This document shows positions 18,358 to 28,628 of a DNA stretch of 64,000 bases, in pieces (position 1 is the first letter of the stretch; each line of letters begins with the position of its first letter). Both the position numbers and the translations under genes were made by a program. The notes under the pieces are model-generated. The model had not been told where the DNA came from. It saw only the letters and a program-made list of their open reading frames with translations, and did not search any database. The stretch is from positions 1 through 64,000 of the forward strand of contig JBJXGE010000094.1 of NCBI GenBank assembly GCA_046154185.1, in the 5' to 3' direction. Origin of the DNA: Planctomycetota bacterium. GTDB taxonomy: Bacteria; Planctomycetota; UBA8108; UBA1146; JAJFFE01.

Positions 18358-19953
18358 ATGGCAGCTAAACCGCGGAAGCGCGACAACCAAAAAACCTCGA
18401 ACGACGCCAACTCGCTGCGCGCGCTCACCGAGCGCGGCGCGCTTTTGCATCGGCGCGGTGACCTGGCGGAAGCCGAGGCGCTCTATCGGCAAGCGCTCGC
18501 GCACGCGCCGCAACACCCGGACGTGCTCAATCTGGTGGGATTGCTCTGCGCGCAACGCAGCGATCGCGTGAGTGCGCTCGAGTTTTTCGAGCGCGCATTG
18601 CGCGCGACACCCGATCACATCGATGCGCTGATCAACTCTGGCAATGTGCTGCGCGAACTCGGTCGCCTCGACGCTGCCGAGCGCGCGTTTCTGCGCGTCG
18701 TAAAGCTCGCGCCACAGCACGCCGTCGCGTGGAACAATCTCGGTGTGACGCTCAAAGCCGCCGACAAACTCGCCGAAGCCGAGGAGGCGCTGCGCTGCGC
18801 GGTGACATTAGCTCCTGACTATGGAGAAGCGCACTACAACTACGCGAACGCGCTGCGCCGCTTAGCGCGACACGACGAGGCGCTGATCGCGTGCGAACGC
18901 GCGCTCGAGCTGCGAGCGGACGACGCTGAGTGTCACTTCACACTCGGGCTCATCCGGCGCGCACGCGACGAGCTTCCCGCGGCCGTGGCGGCGTATAGTC
19001 GCGCGATTGCACTCAAGCCCGAGCACGCGGCGGCGCACTATTATTTGGCAAGTGCGCTGCGACTGCTCGGAGAACTCGACGCCGCGATCGCGGCGTATCG
19101 TCGCGCGCTCGAGCTGCGCCCGGGCTATTTGGATGTCTACGAAGGTTTCGGCATCGCTTGCTACAAGGCGGGCCGTCTGAGCGATGCGTGTGACGTGTAT
19201 CGCGAGTGGAGTCAGTACGAGCCGACCCACCCCGTGCCGCGGCACATGCTCGCGGCGATTTCCGGTGAAGCGGTGCCGACGCGCGCCGACGACGAGTATG
19301 TCGCCCGCGTCTTCGATGCCTTCGCGGAGAGTTTTGAAGCGGATCTCGAGCGACTCGACTACCGAGCGCCGCTACTCGTGGCGGAAGCCATCACCGCCGA
19401 ATGCGGCGCGGCCGCGGCGCAATTCGACATCATCGATGCCGGCTGCGGCACGGGTTGGTGCGGGCCGTACCTGCGCCCGTATGCGCGCCGGCTCCTCGGC
19501 ATCGATTTGTCCGCCGGGATGGTCGCGAAGGCGCGGGCGCGTGAAGTCTATGACGAACTCGTCGTCGCCGAACTTTGCACGTACCTTGCGGACGCGCGCG
19601 GGTGGGATGTCATCGCCTCGGCGGACACACTGAACTATTTTGGGGAGCTCGCACCGGTTTTCGCGGCAGCGGCGGTCGCGCTGCGACCCGCCGGGCTATT
19701 CGTTTTCACGCTGGAAGCGCGCGTGCCAAGCGGGGCGCCTGACTTGCGCGCTTATGCGCTCGAACCGCATGGTCGCTACAGTCATGAGCGCAGCTCTGTG
19801 CTCGAATCACTGGGGCGCGCCGGCTTCGAGCTGCGATCGGCGCGCGATGTCGCGTTGCGCATGGAAGGTGGGAAACCAGTGAACGGCTATCTACTCGTCG
19901 CGCGGCGTCGCGCGCACGAGCGCGTGAGCGCGGCGATCGGCGGGGCGAATTAG
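18358..19953 (+). CDS. TPR-repeat protein fused to a class I SAM-dependent methyltransferase domain
   Basis: Seven or eight TPR repeats, then a C-terminal methyltransferase core (FDIIDAGCGTGWCG...LLGIDLS..M...). Confidence 0.7.
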   Translation: MAAKPRKRDNQKTSNDANSLRALTERGALLHRRGDLAEAEALYRQALAHAPQHPDVLNLVGLLCAQRSDRVSALEFFERALRATPDHIDALINSGNVLRELGRLDAAERAFLRVVKLAPQHAVAWNNLGVTLKAADKLAEAEEALRCAVTLAPDYGEAHYNYANALRRLARHDEALIACERALELRADDAECHFTLGLIRRARDELPAAVAAYSRAIALKPEHAAAHYYLASALRLLGELDAAIAAYRRALELRPGYLDVYEGFGIACYKAGRLSDACDVYREWSQYEPTHPVPRHMLAAISGEAVPTRADDEYVARVFDAFAESFEADLERLDYRAPLLVAEAITAECGAAAAQFDIIDAGCGTGWCGPYLRPYARRLLGIDLSAGMVAKARAREVYDELVVAELCTYLADARGWDVIASADTLNYFGELAPVFAAAAVALRPAGLFVFTLEARVPSGAPDLRAYALEPHGRYSHERSSVLESLGRAGFELRSARDVALRMEGGKPVNGYLLVARRRAHERVSAAIGGAN

Positions 19954-21515
19954 TGGTCGCGTTCGAATCACGATCCCATCACCACACGGGCGATGCTTGG
20001 GGCTGGTGGCCGGTGTTGCTCGTCGTCTGCGGGTTTTATGTGCCGGCGGCGATGTGGATTTCGAGTGCGGCGGCGCGTGGCGGCGGACGCGGCGATTTGG
20101 CGACGCTTGCCGCCGCAACGGTCGACGCCGGCGCTCTCATCGGCAACACGCTGGTGATTGCCGCCGGTGGCGCGATCGTCGCGGGTGTCATTGGCACCGC
20201 GTGCGCGCTCGTTCTCGCTGCTTGGCCGACGCGGGGCGCACGCGCGCTCCACGTGATCTTGTTGCTGCCGATGTTGTTGCCGACGGTCGTGCTGACTTGC
20301 GCGGCCAATGCGCTGTTCGCCGGCACATCGCTGCGATTCTTGGTGCGCGATTTGACGGGCGCCGTGTTTCTCTCGAGCGTCTCGATGGCGCCGCTCGTGT
20401 TGTGGGGCGTTGCCCGCGCGCTCGCGGCAATGCCGCCCGCCGAGGCAGCTGCACTCGCAATGCACCTCGCACCGCGCACTGCGGCGTTGCGGGTGCTGTT
20501 GCCGCGCGCGGCGGCGCCGGCGCTCGCACTCACTCTGCTCGCTTTCGCGTTGCTCGTGCCGCGCCTCGAGATTCCGGGGTATACCGGCGTGACACAAGTC
20601 ATCGGGTATCGCGTACTCGCCGCGTTCTCCATCGGCGGGAACGATCTCGAAGGCTGGGGCTGGACGCTCGCCGCGTGCGCGCCGGCGGCGATCGTGTGCG
20701 TTTTACTCGGTCGACCGCTCGCTGCATTGGGGACGGAAACTCCGCTCGCGCTCGCGCGCGTGAACCGAGTCGCGCGGCGCGCGCGTTGGAGCACGGCGAG
20801 TGGATGTCTGTGGGTCATCGCGCTCGCCGGCTGCGGCGCGCTCGTTGTGATGGCGGTGCGCGCGCAAACAGCACTCGAAGCGACGCTCGCCGGCTACGCG
20901 GCGCGCGAACTTGCGCTCGATAGTGTGCGTGCATTGTGTGTCAGCGTAGTCGTCGCCGTTTGTGGACTTCGTCTCGCGCTGTGGGTGGACGCGACGGCCG
21001 CGCTCCATCCGCGGCGTAGTCGAGTCATCGCCTGGCTCTTTCTGGCGCCAATGCTGTTGCCGGGCAGTGTGCCGGGATTGGCACTCGCCGGCGAAGCGCA
21101 GTCGTTGTTGTCGACGGAACTCTTGCGCTGGCCGGTGTTGATGTCTCTCGCGCAGGCGGTGCGATTCGCGGGGCTCGCTTACTTGCTCGGTTGGCTGGCG
21201 CTCCGCAGTGTGCCGGCGGCGGAGCGCGCTGCGGCGCAATTGCTTCCGCCGGCGACGCGACGCGCGCGGGTGCTCGGGCCGCGCGCCGCGGGGCTCGGGC
21301 TTGGTTTTTCGACGCTGTTACTCTTCGCGTTGATGGCGGGCGAAGTGGAATCGGCGGTGTTGTTGTCGCCACCTGGCTATGTTTCGCCCGCGGTCGAAGT
21401 GCATCAGCTCCTCCACTTCCGCGCCGACGAGCAAGCGTTCTTGTTCGCGTCGGCGCTCGCGCTCATCGGGATTGTCGTGGCGGTCGTTGCGAACCGACTC
21501 GGCGTGGAAAGATGA
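19953..21515 (+). CDS. iron(III)-type ABC transporter permease (FbpB-like, duplicated transmembrane domain)
   Basis: 520-aa polytopic membrane protein with two tandem binding-protein-dependent permease modules. Confidence 0.7.
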   Translation: MVAFESRSHHHTGDAWGWWPVLLVVCGFYVPAAMWISSAAARGGGRGDLATLAAATVDAGALIGNTLVIAAGGAIVAGVIGTACALVLAAWPTRGARALHVILLLPMLLPTVVLTCAANALFAGTSLRFLVRDLTGAVFLSSVSMAPLVLWGVARALAAMPPAEAAALAMHLAPRTAALRVLLPRAAAPALALTLLAFALLVPRLEIPGYTGVTQVIGYRVLAAFSIGGNDLEGWGWTLAACAPAAIVCVLLGRPLAALGTETPLALARVNRVARRARWSTASGCLWVIALAGCGALVVMAVRAQTALEATLAGYAARELALDSVRALCVSVVVAVCGLRLALWVDATAALHPRRSRVIAWLFLAPMLLPGSVPGLALAGEAQSLLSTELLRWPVLMSLAQAVRFAGLAYLLGWLALRSVPAAERAAAQLLPPATRRARVLGPRAAGLGLGFSTLLLFALMAGEVESAVLLSPPGYVSPAVEVHQLLHFRADEQAFLFASALALIGIVVAVVANRLGVER

Positions 21516-22150
21516 GGATCCAGATGCCGCCGGGATCGCTGATCGTCGAGGACTTGGTGGTCGAGCGCGGCCCGTTTCGGCTTGGGCCGATCAGTTTGCG
21601 CGTCGACAGCGGCACGGCACTCTACCTGCGTGGCGCGAACGGCGCCGGCAAGAGCACGCTGCTCGCCGCGATCGCGGGGCTTGTGCCGTTGCGACAGGGC
21701 CGCGTGCGACTCGGCGATCGCACGCTTTCGAGCGCTGAGACTTTCGTGGCGCCGCACGCGCGCGGAATCGCCGTGCTGCTGCAAGACCTCGGGCTGTGGC
21801 CGCATCTCACGGTGCGCCGTCAAGCGTTGCTGGTCGCGGAGGCGGAACTCGCCGCACGCGCGCTCGCGCGGCTCGACGAACTCGCGGCAGCGCTCGGCGT
21901 CGCGCACTTGCTCGATCGCAAACCGCAGGCGCTCTCGGGCGGCGAAGCGCAACGTTGTGCGCTTGTGCGTTCGCTCATGCGCCGCGACGCCGCATTGTTG
22001 CTCGATGAACCGTGCGCGCGACAAAACGCTGACGGCGCGCGCCGTGTCGATGCGGTGATCCGCAGCGAACTCGCGCGCGGCGCTGTCGTATTGGTCGCCG
22101 GCCATCTCGCGCCGCCCGGCGCGCGCGAATATGAATTGCCGAGTGTGTAG
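21512..22150 (+). CDS. ABC transporter ATP-binding protein
   Basis: Walker A GANGAGKST, signature LSGGEAQRCALVRSL, and Walker B LLLDEP. ATGA overlap with the permease. Confidence 0.85.
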   Translation: MRIQMPPGSLIVEDLVVERGPFRLGPISLRVDSGTALYLRGANGAGKSTLLAAIAGLVPLRQGRVRLGDRTLSSAETFVAPHARGIAVLLQDLGLWPHLTVRRQALLVAEAELAARALARLDELAAALGVAHLLDRKPQALSGGEAQRCALVRSLMRRDAALLLDEPCARQNADGARRVDAVIRSELARGAVVLVAGHLAPPGAREYELPSV

Positions 22151-22162
22151 AGCGCGCTGGTG

Positions 22163-23751
22163 CTATTCCCGCGCGATTGGCGCTTCGGCCGTGTCGTTGC
22201 GGGCCGCCGCGCGGCGAAGGTCATTCGGCAGCATCGCGCGCAATTTGACGATCGCATCCCAATTGACCCAGGCGGCGGCGCACGCGCACACGGCAAACAC
22301 GATGGGCATCGCGAAGTTGATGTTGGCGATCAGCTCGGCATCCACGCGGGCGTTGACCAGGTACTCAGAGAGAATCAGCGCAAACGGATTGAGGTTTGCG
22401 TAGCCGACGAGGCCGAGCGTCAAAGTCGGCGACATTTGGCTTTGAAGGTGTGAGTTACCCAACAAGATCAGAAAGACGACGGCGGGACCCCAGAACAAAA
22501 CAAAGATCGACACGCGCCCGATAATCTTCGCCAAGCGAGCTGAGAGTCGGAGTTGCAACGCCTGTCCGGTCAGCACGCAGGCGACGAGGTAGACGAGAAC
22601 GACGAACAACCCGATGCTCGTGCTCTGCATCGGATGCGTGGCCGAAAAAATCATGAACGCAAAGGCGAGCAACACCGTGACGATGGGCAGCAGACGGTAG
22701 GACGGCGCGAAGCTGCTCAATAAGTAAGCCCGGATTCGGCCGTCACGGCGAGCGAGTTCGCGCAGGATCGAGGAACGGTCGCGACTATTGACGTGTAGGA
22801 GCAAGCGGGCGATGAAGAAGTAGCTCAACATCAAGATGAACAGCGCGCGCTCCGGCGCGACCGAGCTTTGCCAGTAGTAACCCAAGATCAATACACACAG
22901 CCAGGTGAGCATCGCGAGCACGTCGGCGTCGTGGAGCGGTTTCAAGACTGAGAGCCGCACCCAGCGTGATGCGCTACGGGAGAGCACGACCATCGGCGGG
23001 AGCAACGCAATCACACTCATCAACGGTAGCGGAACGCTCAGTTGGAAGAACGGCACTTCGAGGATATCCCGGCCGCTTTCGGCGTGATTCAAGAGCCCGG
23101 AGATCGCCGGATACACAGCGAAGACCTGAATGAGCGCGTCGGGTAACCAACTCGGCACGCCGGCGAGCAAATAGATATTTAACCCCCACAACGCGGCGCC
23201 AAGCACAACGGTGAACATCCTCTGCTCGCTGGGGCGCACACTCCACAAGCCAAGATTGGCGAGGATCAAACTCAGGGCAAGCGCGTAGAAAGCGAGCATT
23301 CCTTCGATGGCCAGGTAGCTGAAGAAATTGGCCTGACCCATCCAAGCGCATAGGGCGAGTATCGGTAGGACCACGAGCTGAAGGAAAAAGGCGGGCATGA
23401 GGCCGTGACCGATGAAGCCCCAAATCATCGCGCTCGGCCGCATCGCCGAAAGGCGGAGAAAATCAATTGTGCCACGCTCACGCTCCTGACTGCATGTCGA
23501 GGCCAAGCGCGGCAAGCCATGAAAAATGAATGCGGCCGAGTTGTAGACAATCAGCCACGACCCGAGCAACTGCCACCAAAAATTCTGTCGTGGCGATGAT
23601 GCAAAGGTTGCCAACAAGTACACGACGCCGAGGATCAGCACCAACGCGAGCCACCAAATGGTGAGGTTGAAACCGGCCTTGCCCGGTCGGAAGCCGGTGC
23701 GCAATGTGCGCCAAATCAGCGGGTTTTCCAACGCGTCGATGAACCCGGGCA

Positions 23752-23755
<4 letters not shown>
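22163..23755 (-). CDS. ABC-2 family transporter permease (large, multi-TM)
   Basis: At least 10 predicted TM helices and the QERERGTIDFL motif typical of ABC-2 permeases. Overlaps the upstream ATPase gene by 4 bp. Confidence 0.7.
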
Positions 23756-24726
<971 letters not shown>

Positions 24727-24891
24727 GGCCGCGGATATTCACACATGCATCCGCGCGGCGCAACGACCTCGTCGGTCGCGCGCATTCCGTCGCGTCAGCT
24801 CGAGCGCCGCTCCGGTAGGCGTCTTCTCGCGAGGGCAGATATCCTGCGCGCGTCGACGTGTGCCTCTGAGTTGCGGGCAAGAAGGCCGAAA

Positions 24892-25710
24892 ATGACGACA
24901 TTGCAAAAACCGAGCGTGGTTCTGCTCGCTGGCCCGAATGGCGCCGGCAAGTCGACTTCGGCGCAGCAACTTCTCGCGGGTACGCTTTCGGTTCGTGAGT
25001 TCGTCAACGCCGATACGATCGCTCACGGTCTCTCGAGTTTCGACGCGGAGCGCGCGGCCGTCGCCGCCGGCCGGGTAATGCTAGCGAGATTGCATGAACT
25101 CGCGGCGTAGCGGATCAGTTTCGCGTTTGAGACCACGCTGGCGAGCCGGAGTTTTGCACCCTGGATCGCAGATCTCACTCGGAGCGGATACCAGTTTCAT
25201 TTGATTTACCTTTGGCTCTCGAGCGTCGACCTGGCCATTGCGCGGGTGGCCGCTCGCACCAGCTCAGGCGGGCACCACGTGCCGCCCGCGACGATTCGCC
25301 GCCGCTATCACGCCGGCATCGCAAATTTCTTCGGCCTCTATAGCCCGTTAGCGGTGACGTGGCGATTCTGCGATAATTCCGGCACTCCGCCTCCGAAACC
25401 AATGGCTCAAGGAGAACGTAATATCACGACGGTTGTGACTGATCGAGAACGCTGGAAGCGACTTCAAGATGACTACACATGCACTGCCAGACGAGCCGGT
25501 CGATATCACGAAACTCTTCCAGGAAGGCACGGCCATCGACGCGGCTCTCGATCGTGCCGTGCGCGCGGCCCTCATCCGCCACAAAAAACTCGGCGAGCGC
25601 GTGGTGATCGAGCGCGATGGCAAAGTTGTCTGGATCCCGCCCGAAGAGATCGAAGACGACGGCAGCATCCGGCCGCCCGCGGCTGCTGCAGCGACAAGGA
25701 ACGGTCATGA
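24892..25710 (+). pseudogene. zeta-toxin/COG4185-like P-loop ATPase interrupted by an in-frame TAG at 25108-25110, possibly with a lost C-terminal stop
   Basis: MTTLQKPSVVLLAGPNGAGKST..FVNADTIA..[TAG]..FETTLASRSFAPWIADL..GYQFHLIYLWLSSVDLAIARV..GGHHVP..IRRRY...DNSG. The halves before and after the stop are in the same frame. The family normally ends near the DNSG motif (about 25460), but the frame stays open to 25710. Confidence 0.6.
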
Positions 25711-25726
25711 AACAGAGTCCGGTTAG
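25469..25726 (+). CDS. small hypothetical ORF (85 aa) overlapping the 3' extension of the zeta-like gene
   Basis: ORF MTTHALPDEPVDITKLFQEGTAID...VVIERDGKVVWIPPEEI. I could not place it in a family. It could be a cognate partner of the upstream ATPase or a spurious ORF. Confidence 0.3.
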   Translation: MTTHALPDEPVDITKLFQEGTAIDAALDRAVRAALIRHKKLGERVVIERDGKVVWIPPEEIEDDGSIRPPAAAAATRNGHETESG

Positions 25727-26141
25727 CTGCCGATGCTTCGCCGCGATTCTCTTTTTCGCCATCCTCTTGGGTTGCACGGCGTCGCGGACGTTGACTCGTG
25801 AAAATGTTGACGAGTTGAATTTCGTGCATGTCTTCGGCGCAATCGATGTTCAGACCGAGGTCGTGAATAGCAGTTTGACGACCTACGGTTTTTGGCACAC
25901 CGATGATTGGGAATTCGAGCTCCTCACGACGAAGGAATGGGTGGCGCACCAGATACGGGACGGGTTGGGACCAATACGGTTTTCGGATGCGTTGATTCGA
26001 CGAGAGTGGTCCCCGTGGTACACTCCCACCAGCGAGGGTTTCGATGCGTTCGCGCTCTACTTGACGTCTATACCGTACGTGCACATGTTTGTAAGTCGAG
26101 GCGAATCGGCGAAGAAACACGTTTTCATCCGAAAGGACTAA
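25707..26141 (+). CDS. small hypothetical lipoprotein
   Basis: MKQSPVSCRCFAAILFFAILLGC lipobox. The gene is lower-GC than its surroundings. Confidence 0.5.
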   Translation: MKQSPVSCRCFAAILFFAILLGCTASRTLTRENVDELNFVHVFGAIDVQTEVVNSSLTTYGFWHTDDWEFELLTTKEWVAHQIRDGLGPIRFSDALIRREWSPWYTPTSEGFDAFALYLTSIPYVHMFVSRGESAKKHVFIRKD

Positions 26142-26169
26142 CCCCAGTCAGATCTTTCCGCCATCCGGG

Positions 26170-27597
26170 TTAGCGACGGCTTTCGGTCTTCCACATCTTC
26201 AGCACATACTCGCGCCATTCGTTCTCGAAGGCTGACATGTTGACTTTGCCGAAACTGTTGTCAAAGGCTTCCGCCTGACTCTTGCCGCCGATCAGCGACT
26301 TGAAGTACTTTCGCATTGTCGGCCGGTATTTACCGTCGGCGCCATCCGCGCAGAAATTGCAAATGGACCACGCCTGGCTGTAATGAAGCTGCATCTTGCT
26401 CGGCTCATACATTTCTGTCTGCGACATATGCATAAGCTCCTTGATCGTAGGATACTGGTTCGCTTCGATTGCGGTGGCGATGGAATGGAGTCGCCAGGGA
26501 TGGGGACCCATCTCGATCAAGCGTTTGTTCTTCTTGACGGTGATTTTTGAAGCCGCGAAGTACTCGGCGAGCCCTTCATTGAACCACTGCGGGATGTCCT
26601 CTAGGTACTGGTGGCAGTACTGGTGAAATCCCTCGTGCTTGAGCACCATCAGCGTTTCTTCTTCGTTGCCGCGCCAAGAGACATTGAGATGCTTGAAGAG
26701 CGGATCGTAAAAGCCAGCCGTGCCATCCGGGGCGCCGTCGCGCATGTAGTCGGCGAGCTCGCGATAAATGAGCACGCAATATTTGCGATCCGGTTGCGCC
26801 AGATCCGGGAACGCTGCGTCATAGACTTCGCGAATCAATTCGGCGGTTTCCCCGGCGCGCTCCGCGAATTCCTGCGAGACGTCTGTACGTAGGAAGTAGT
26901 TCTTGGTTTCGACCGTGTAGGTTTTGTCCCACTTTGGGCCTTTGGTAAGGAGGTCGAGCTCGGCGGACACTTTGAGTAGCCGGTCTTCTTGCCAGATCGC
27001 GAGCGCGCGATCGACGTAGCCGCGCGCTTCATCGAAGCGACCCGTTTGTATCAAGGCGATCGAACCTTGATAGACAGCGTTGAGCGAGCGCGGCGCCAGC
27101 TCGAGCGCGCGTTGGTAATGCGGGATCGACTTCTCAGGTTTGTGCTCGCGAAACCAAGTATCGCCGAGCGCGGTGTGCGCCTCGTGAAGCGCCGGCAGGA
27201 TTCCCGTCGCTTTGGTCAGCGCCGCGCGCGCCTTGCCGAATTCGCGTTGGTCCAGTTGCAACATGCCGATGTAAAAGTGCGGGAGCGCGGAAGCGCCGAC
27301 CGACTGCTTGGTGGCCTCCATAACGGCGATGGCCTTGCGGATGTCATCTTTTTGGCGCGACACGTGGGCGTTGCGATACGCGACCAGCGCCTGTTCGAAC
27401 CCGGCCCGCACGTCGGGAGCCCAATCTTCTGGAATCTGCAAGTTGTCGGGAGTCGGCTCGACTTGGTCTGCGTCTTCGTTCTTTCCGCCGCCACCTTCTG
27501 CGCCCCCGCCGCAAGCTCGCCCTTGACCTGGCGCGACGCCCATCGTGATGAGCGTCAAGGAGTAGACCAGCAACCACTCTGCAAAGCAGCGCTTCAT
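26170..27597 (-). CDS. secreted TPR-repeat protein with a C-terminal DUF1570-like domain carrying an HExxH motif (putative zinc metallopeptidase)
   Basis: Signal peptide, then TPR-like helical repeats, then a C-terminal region with HEGFH (HExxH) and downstream Glu/aromatic residues. About 58% GC. Confidence 0.65.
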   Translation of the reverse strand: MKRCFAEWLLVYSLTLITMGVAPGQGRACGGGAEGGGGKNEDADQVEPTPDNLQIPEDWAPDVRAGFEQALVAYRNAHVSRQKDDIRKAIAVMEATKQSVGASALPHFYIGMLQLDQREFGKARAALTKATGILPALHEAHTALGDTWFREHKPEKSIPHYQRALELAPRSLNAVYQGSIALIQTGRFDEARGYVDRALAIWQEDRLLKVSAELDLLTKGPKWDKTYTVETKNYFLRTDVSQEFAERAGETAELIREVYDAAFPDLAQPDRKYCVLIYRELADYMRDGAPDGTAGFYDPLFKHLNVSWRGNEEETLMVLKHEGFHQYCHQYLEDIPQWFNEGLAEYFAASKITVKKNKRLIEMGPHPWRLHSIATAIEANQYPTIKELMHMSQTEMYEPSKMQLHYSQAWSICNFCADGADGKYRPTMRKYFKSLIGGKSQAEAFDNSFGKVNMSAFENEWREYVLKMWKTESRR

Positions 27598-27829
27598 GGT
27601 GAGCCTCTCGATGTGTATTGGGCGCTCGCCCGCCGGTTCGCGACTCTCGGGAATTAGCGCACAGCATAATTAAAACGATCACGTATGCATCTGTTCTTTC
27701 GAATTCGAGCCCTGCGTCGTCTCGCCACAATTCTACGATCCGGAATTCTGTGGCGTTCGTTAGACCTGGTTGCAGCGACGCGCAGCCTTTCTGAGCGGCA
27801 TCCTGCGAGATCCGAAGGACGGCGTCGCG

Positions 27830-28480
27830 ATGAACTATTCGGAAGGGCCTCTTTTCGATCCACTGAGTACTTACCTCGTCCGCAGTGGACTCGAGCCCGC
27901 ACCGATTCCCGCGGACAAAAAGTGGCCCATTGCCTTTGGCTGCCGCATGCGCATCGTTGGTGTGCTCGACTTTCGTGGGTATGAGAAGTTCGGATGCCCC
28001 GGAAGGTCTTTGGTGATATTCGCGGCGCGGACTGCGCGCGAAGACACTGAATTGGGTCTGTGGATTGGCCCTGCGGAAACGTGCAAACTCAAGGGAGGCC
28101 AGCTCGGCGACATTGTGATGGTGGGAACCGCAACACCGATCGTCGATTATTTATGGGCTGAAGAAGCTCTCGATGAAGCGAGGCGTCGAGAACCATTGCT
28201 CAAGTTTGAACACCAAATGCGGTACTTGCTAGTCTGCGACATTTCGAAGATCGGCGGAACGCCGACTTGGCGCCATGAACTCCTGGAGCATCAGGTCGTG
28301 ATCGATGGCGCCCCCTACCAGATTTTTGGGGAATTCGTCGACTCGGACGTCCTCAGTAAATCCGGCTCGGCCCTTCACATCATCTGGCAGCCGAAAACGG
28401 ATGCGCTCCACCTCGCGCATGAAGAAATCTGTTCGAGCGATGGCGGATCGATCGTCACGGTGGATGCGTCACGTGGTTAG
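27830..28480 (+). CDS. hypothetical protein (lower-GC, no recognised domain)
   Basis: ORF from MNYSEGPLF. The track ORF starts at 27770. About 56% GC. Confidence 0.45.
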   Translation: MNYSEGPLFDPLSTYLVRSGLEPAPIPADKKWPIAFGCRMRIVGVLDFRGYEKFGCPGRSLVIFAARTAREDTELGLWIGPAETCKLKGGQLGDIVMVGTATPIVDYLWAEEALDEARRREPLLKFEHQMRYLLVCDISKIGGTPTWRHELLEHQVVIDGAPYQIFGEFVDSDVLSKSGSALHIIWQPKTDALHLAHEEICSSDGGSIVTVDASRG

Positions 28481-28628
28481 CGCTCGTTGACGAGGTTGAC
28501 GGTCAAAGGCGGAGCGCCACCCGATTTTGAATCCGCGCCGATCACCGTCGAGGGCTTCCCGTGGTAAAGAAATAGACGAAATCGCCGGTGACGTCGGACC
28601 CCCTCGGCGATGCTTGGTCACTGCAAGC

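Noticed and set aside
19968-21372. Multiple minus-strand ORFs (209, 260, 178 aa) inside the iron ABC permease gene
   Set aside because: They are antisense to a clear polytopic permease CDS. Their compositions (poly-Arg/Ala/Ser) are artefacts of high GC.
25572-26120. 182-aa minus-strand ORF overlapping the small lipoprotein gene
   Set aside because: It is antisense to a lipoprotein ORF that has a clear signal peptide, and its composition is implausible (Arg-rich, no domains).
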